Shown in pieces: positions 60,434 to 64,000 of a DNA stretch of 64,000 nt. Position numbers and translations under genes: made by a program. How positions within the stretch are numbered: position 1 is the stretch's first letter; each line of letters begins with the position of its first letter. Where the stretch lies: NCBI GenBank assembly GCA_965215185.1, contig OZ244034.1:2880001-2944000 (forward strand), in the 5' to 3' direction. This stretch comes from Acidimicrobiia bacterium. Its GTDB lineage: Bacteria > Actinomycetota > Acidimicrobiia > Spongiisociales > ZC4RG35. Below the pieces are notes generated by a model, which was not told the origin of the DNA, searched no databases, and saw nothing but the letters and a program-made list of their open reading frames with translations.

Positions 60434-61327
60434 GTGGCAGCCATTTCAAACCTTCCCAAGTGGGCCGAGGAGACGGTACAGAGGTATTTGAATTGGCTGG
60501 CCAAGGGCCGGCGACTCTCTCCCCACACGGTGAATGCCTACCGCAGAGACATAACACAATTCCTGGCTTTTTGCGACAAGGCCGGGAGCAGGTCTTTTAG
60601 TGAGATCGGCCGCAGCGACCTTCGTCGGTTCTTCGCTTCCCTGCACACACGCAGGTTCTCCCGCGCGTCAGTGGTGCGGAAAGGATCGTCCCTTCGATCC
60701 TTTTTCGGGCATCTTCACCAGCGAGGCGACATTCCGGTCAACCCCGTGGGCGCGCTGCCCGTTCCCAAAGCCGCCAGCAGCCTGCCAACAGTCCTGTCTC
60801 CAGCCCAATTGGCGCAGGCTATCGAGGCGGTGGATGGCGAGGCGCCGGTGGACTTGCGGGACCGAGCCATCCTTGAACTGGCCTACGGGGCCGGACTCCG
60901 GGTATCGGAGTTAGCGGCGCTCACTGTCTCTGCGGTGCAGGGAAAGGATCTCACGGTGATATCGGGTAAAGGCGGAAAAGATCGGGCCACTCCTATCGGG
61001 ATTCCCGCTCAGCGAGCGTTGGGCCGCTGGCTGGAGGATGGCCGCTCTGCTTTAGCCGGGGAACACGCCGGTGAAGCTCTTTTCGTAGGAGTGCGAGGAG
61101 GCCGGATGGATCCTCGCCAGATAAGGCGGGTGGTTCGGTCCCGGGTGGGGAGTTTCCCTCACGCTCTGCGTCACTCCTTTGCCACCCACCTCATCGAGGG
61201 AGGGGCAGACCTGCGAAGCGTTCAGGAATTGTTGGGACACGCCAATCTGGGCACCACGCAGATCTACACCAGTGTCAGTCATCGGCATCTGCGCGCCACT
61301 CACCACCGAACCCACCCGCGGGCCTGA
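60434..61327 (+). CDS. xerC: Tyrosine recombinase XerC
   Basis: [46 protein letters not shown]; syntenic after dprA. Confidence 0.9.
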   Translation: MAAISNLPKWAEETVQRYLNWLAKGRRLSPHTVNAYRRDITQFLAFCDKAGSRSFSEIGRSDLRRFFASLHTRRFSRASVVRKGSSLRSFFGHLHQRGDIPVNPVGALPVPKAASSLPTVLSPAQLAQAIEAVDGEAPVDLRDRAILELAYGAGLRVSELAALTVSAVQGKDLTVISGKGGKDRATPIGIPAQRALGRWLEDGRSALAGEHAGEALFVGVRGGRMDPRQIRRVVRSRVGSFPHALRHSFATHLIEGGADLRSVQELLGHANLGTTQIYTSVSHRHLRATHHRTHPRA

Positions 61328-61553
61328 TTGCAGGGGATCCGGGTTTGTCTGGGAATCGGGGCGGGGCAGGGCGTTTTCTTTGGATCCCAACCTTCCCTAA
61401 ACTTGTAGTGCAACGTCGCAGGCCCGCGCCGTCCGCTGGTCGGGCAAGGTCCTTATGGGATCCTGCCTGTGGGGCGGGCGCTTCCTTCCGGGGGCGCTGA
61501 CCGGAGAAAAACCGGTCAACGGGTCGAGGAAAAACCAGGAAGGAGTCATTAAC

Positions 61554-62333
61554 ATGACGTCGACCAAAATGAAGGATCTAATCGACGCGGGTCTTCACTT
61601 CGGCCATGAAACACGCCGCTGGAACCCAAAAATGAAGCCGTATCTCTACACCCAGTCAAACGGGATACACATTATCGATTTGCGCCAGACCGTTGGCTTG
61701 TTGGAGGAGGCGCTCGTCTTCGTACGCGAGGCGGTGGCAGATGGTGGGAAGATTCTCTTCATCGGTACCAAGAAACAGGCCCGTAACAGCATTGCCCAGC
61801 ACGCCGAGGCGGTTGGCATGCCATATGTGAACTTCCGGTGGTTGGGAGGCATGCTCACCAATTTCCAAACCATCCGCCAGCGCATTTCCTATATGAAGGA
61901 ATTGGAATCCGAAGAGAACAGCGGAGAGATGCTGTCCCGTCCCAAAAAGGAAAGACTCCGCCTCAGAAGAGACCTGCAAAAACTCCAGCGAAGCCTGGGT
62001 GGGGTGAGCGAGCTCAGCGAGCTTCCCGCGGGGGTGTTCGTGATAGACGTCAATGCCGAGGAAACCGCGGTGAAGGAGGCCACACGGCTGGGAATTCCCA
62101 TCGTGGCTTTGGTGGATTCCAACTGCAATCCCGAGTTAATAACCTACGTCATTCCTGGCAACGACGACGCTATCCGAGCTGCCGAACTGATTTGCTCGCT
62201 GGTGTCAAGTGCCTGTCGGGAAGGACAGGAGCTTGCCAAGAAGAAACAGGAGCTTGCCAAAAAGAAACAGGAGAAGAAGAAAACAGATTCTTCCTCCGCC
62301 CCGAAATCCCAGGCCCGTTCAAGAGGCAGGTGA
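61554..62333 (+). CDS. rpsB: 30S ribosomal protein S2
   Basis: RBS AGGAG; AGLHFGH, WNPKM, RWLGGMLTN, IPGNDDAIR. Confidence 0.98.
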   Translation: MTSTKMKDLIDAGLHFGHETRRWNPKMKPYLYTQSNGIHIIDLRQTVGLLEEALVFVREAVADGGKILFIGTKKQARNSIAQHAEAVGMPYVNFRWLGGMLTNFQTIRQRISYMKELESEENSGEMLSRPKKERLRLRRDLQKLQRSLGGVSELSELPAGVFVIDVNAEETAVKEATRLGIPIVALVDSNCNPELITYVIPGNDDAIRAAELICSLVSSACREGQELAKKKQELAKKKQEKKKTDSSSAPKSQARSRGR

Positions 62334-62335
62334 TC

Positions 62336-62956
62336 ATGGCTACGTTCACAGCCAAGGACGTGCAGAGTCTCCGCAAAAGTGCCGGTGTGGGCATGATGGA
62401 TGCCAAGAAGGCCTTGGTGGAGACGGATGGCGATATGGACAAGGCCCATGATCTGCTCCGGGAGAGAGGTCTAGCCCAAGCTGCCAAGCGGGCTGACCGG
62501 GATGCCAACGAGGGGACGATCGGGCAATACATGCACCAACAATCGGGGCATCCGGTGATGGGTGTTCTGGTCGAATTGGCCTGCGAGACCGACTTTGTGG
62601 CCAAAACCCCTGACTTCAACGAGATCGCTGACGACATCGCCCTGCACGTCTCGTGGGCCTCTCCCCGTTGGATCACCCGGGAAGAGGTGCCCGAGACAGT
62701 CCTAGCTCACGAGCGGGACTTGATTGCCCGGGCTGCTACGGCCGAGGGCAAACCAGAGCGGATCATTCCTCGCATCGTCCAGGGACGCATGGAAAAATTC
62801 TATGCTGAAAACGTCCTGAGCGACCAGGTGTTCGTCAATGCTCAGAAGTTTGAGGGAACGGTGGGAGATTTGGTGAAAAGCCTGGCGGCGCGGATGGGTG
62901 AGAACATAAAGGTCCGCCGGGTGCTACGAGTGGCGGTGGGCGAGCAGGAATCCTGA
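62336..62956 (+). CDS. tsf: Elongation factor Ts (short, 206 aa)
   Basis: LRKSAGVGMMDAKKAL, ELACETDFVA, GENIKVRR. Confidence 0.97.
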   Translation: MATFTAKDVQSLRKSAGVGMMDAKKALVETDGDMDKAHDLLRERGLAQAAKRADRDANEGTIGQYMHQQSGHPVMGVLVELACETDFVAKTPDFNEIADDIALHVSWASPRWITREEVPETVLAHERDLIARAATAEGKPERIIPRIVQGRMEKFYAENVLSDQVFVNAQKFEGTVGDLVKSLAARMGENIKVRRVLRVAVGEQES

Positions 62957-63666
62957 TGGCTCCCCCCCGCCGGGTCCTCCTCAAGCTCTCTGGAGAAGCC
63001 TTCTGCGAAGGAAGAGGTGGGTTCGGAATTGATCCGGGCAGCGTAGCGGTTGTCGCCAACGAGATCGGCCGGGCTCGTGCGGATGGAATCGAGACCTGTG
63101 TGGTGGTGGGAGGCGGAAACTTCTTTCGCGGCACCGCTCTGGCCGCTCGGGGGCTCGACCCAGCCACCGCCGACTACATGGGCATGCTTGCCACGGTGAT
63201 GAATGGCTTGGCGTTGCGAGACGCTTTGGAAAAGTGTGGGATGACCACCAGGGTGATGAGCGCCATCACCATGAGACAGGTTAGTGAACCCTACATACGT
63301 CTGAGGGCGGTTCGACATCTCGAAAAGGGACGGATAGTGATATTTGTGGCCGGAACCGGAAACCCGTTCTTCACCACCGACACCACTGCTTCGCTGCGAG
63401 CGGTGGAAGTCGGAGCCGAAGTGCTGCTGAAGGCGAGCAAAGTGGACGGTGTGTACAGCGCCGACCCTAATCTCGACGAATCCGCCCGACTTCTGGAAAC
63501 CGCTTCCTATATGGATGTCATCTCCCAAGATCTGAAAGTCATGGACATGACGTCGATAACCCTCTGTCGGGAGCATGAACTGCCTATTGTGGTATTTGAC
63601 ATGACAAAGCCAGGCAACGTGTACCGAGCGTTGATAGGGGAAACGCTTGGTACCAGGGTGAGCTAG
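62956..63666 (+). CDS. pyrH: Uridylate kinase
   Basis: LLKLSGE, GGGNFFRG, DYMGMLAT, GNPFFTTD. Confidence 0.98.
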   Translation: MAPPRRVLLKLSGEAFCEGRGGFGIDPGSVAVVANEIGRARADGIETCVVVGGGNFFRGTALAARGLDPATADYMGMLATVMNGLALRDALEKCGMTTRVMSAITMRQVSEPYIRLRAVRHLEKGRIVIFVAGTGNPFFTTDTTASLRAVEVGAEVLLKASKVDGVYSADPNLDESARLLETASYMDVISQDLKVMDMTSITLCREHELPIVVFDMTKPGNVYRALIGETLGTRVS

Positions 63667-63675
63667 GGGATTGCA

Positions 63676-64000
63676 ATGATCGAAGAGGTCTTGGACGAAG
63701 CGGCTTTGACGATGGAAGATTCCCTCGAATTCGTCACCGCCCAGTTCTCAACGGTGCGAACCGGGCGAGCCAACCCCCAGATTGTTCAGAATCTGAGGGT
63801 CAACTACTACGGCGCTTCCCTGTCTCTTCAGCAACTTGCCAACTTCTCTGTTCCCGATCCCCGCCTCTTGGTTATCCACCCCTTTGACCGCAGCGCCATT
63901 CCCGAAATTGAGAAGGCGTTGCACGGCTCGAATCTTGGTATCAATCCTTCCAACGACGGAGCAGTTATTAGGTTGGCCTTCCCTCCTCTCACTGAAGAAC
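63676..64000 (+). CDS. frr: Ribosome recycling factor (3'-partial)
   Basis: MIEEVLDEA..VRTGRANP..YYG..NPSNDG.VIRLAFPPLTEE; follows pyrH. Confidence 0.95.
   Translation, partial: MIEEVLDEAALTMEDSLEFVTAQFSTVRTGRANPQIVQNLRVNYYGASLSLQQLANFSVPDPRLLVIHPFDRSAIPEIEKALHGSNLGINPSNDGAVIRLAFPPLTEE

Noticed and set aside
60434-61327. Phage or island integrase
   Set aside because: Size and position between dprA and rpsB match chromosomal XerC; no att site, tRNA or phage genes nearby.
61398-61553. Novel ncRNA upstream of rpsB
   Set aside because: The GC-rich hairpins after a TAAACT -10 box are best explained as the ordinary structured rpsB 5' leader; I cannot support more than that.

Overview
GC-rich bacterial chromosome window, most consistent with an actinobacterium of class Acidimicrobiia (inferred from guaB3, CysO/CysM/Mec, leaderless starts and gene order). 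The FN3/cadherin/SLH-rich exoproteins would fit a host-associated lifestyle such as a sponge symbiont, but that is inference. Most of the window is housekeeping: tkt, wecB, cimA, trpS, guaB3-guaA-pcrA, tal, sucCD, purH-folD-moeZ-mec-cysO-cysM, hpnCDE-ispA, trmD-rplS-lepB, xerC, rpsB-tsf-pyrH-frr. Accessory content: a 7-PGBD SpoIID-like hydrolase, a broken antitoxin/TnpB remnant, a ~2100-aa kexin-like S8 surface protease, a catabolic-looking cluster around an Mcd-like dehydrogenase and Mct, a PsyrTA/RqlHI-like RecQ-PRTase/DprA pair, an IS481 remnant, and decayed comM/dprA. Most notable: (1) the protease has no evident propeptide, and a prodomain-like protein is encoded by the separate upstream gene; (2) four intergenic copies of TGTCAC-N10-TAnnnT (PafBC/RecA-NDp-like spacing), upstream of tnpB, guaB3-guaA-pcrA, PsyrTA (via a leaderless uORF) and an orphan structured RNA candidate; (3) a leaderless Ile-codon attenuator upstream of cimA; (4) a divergent Mcd-Mct pair. 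All family calls come from motif recognition by eye; no database searches were run.
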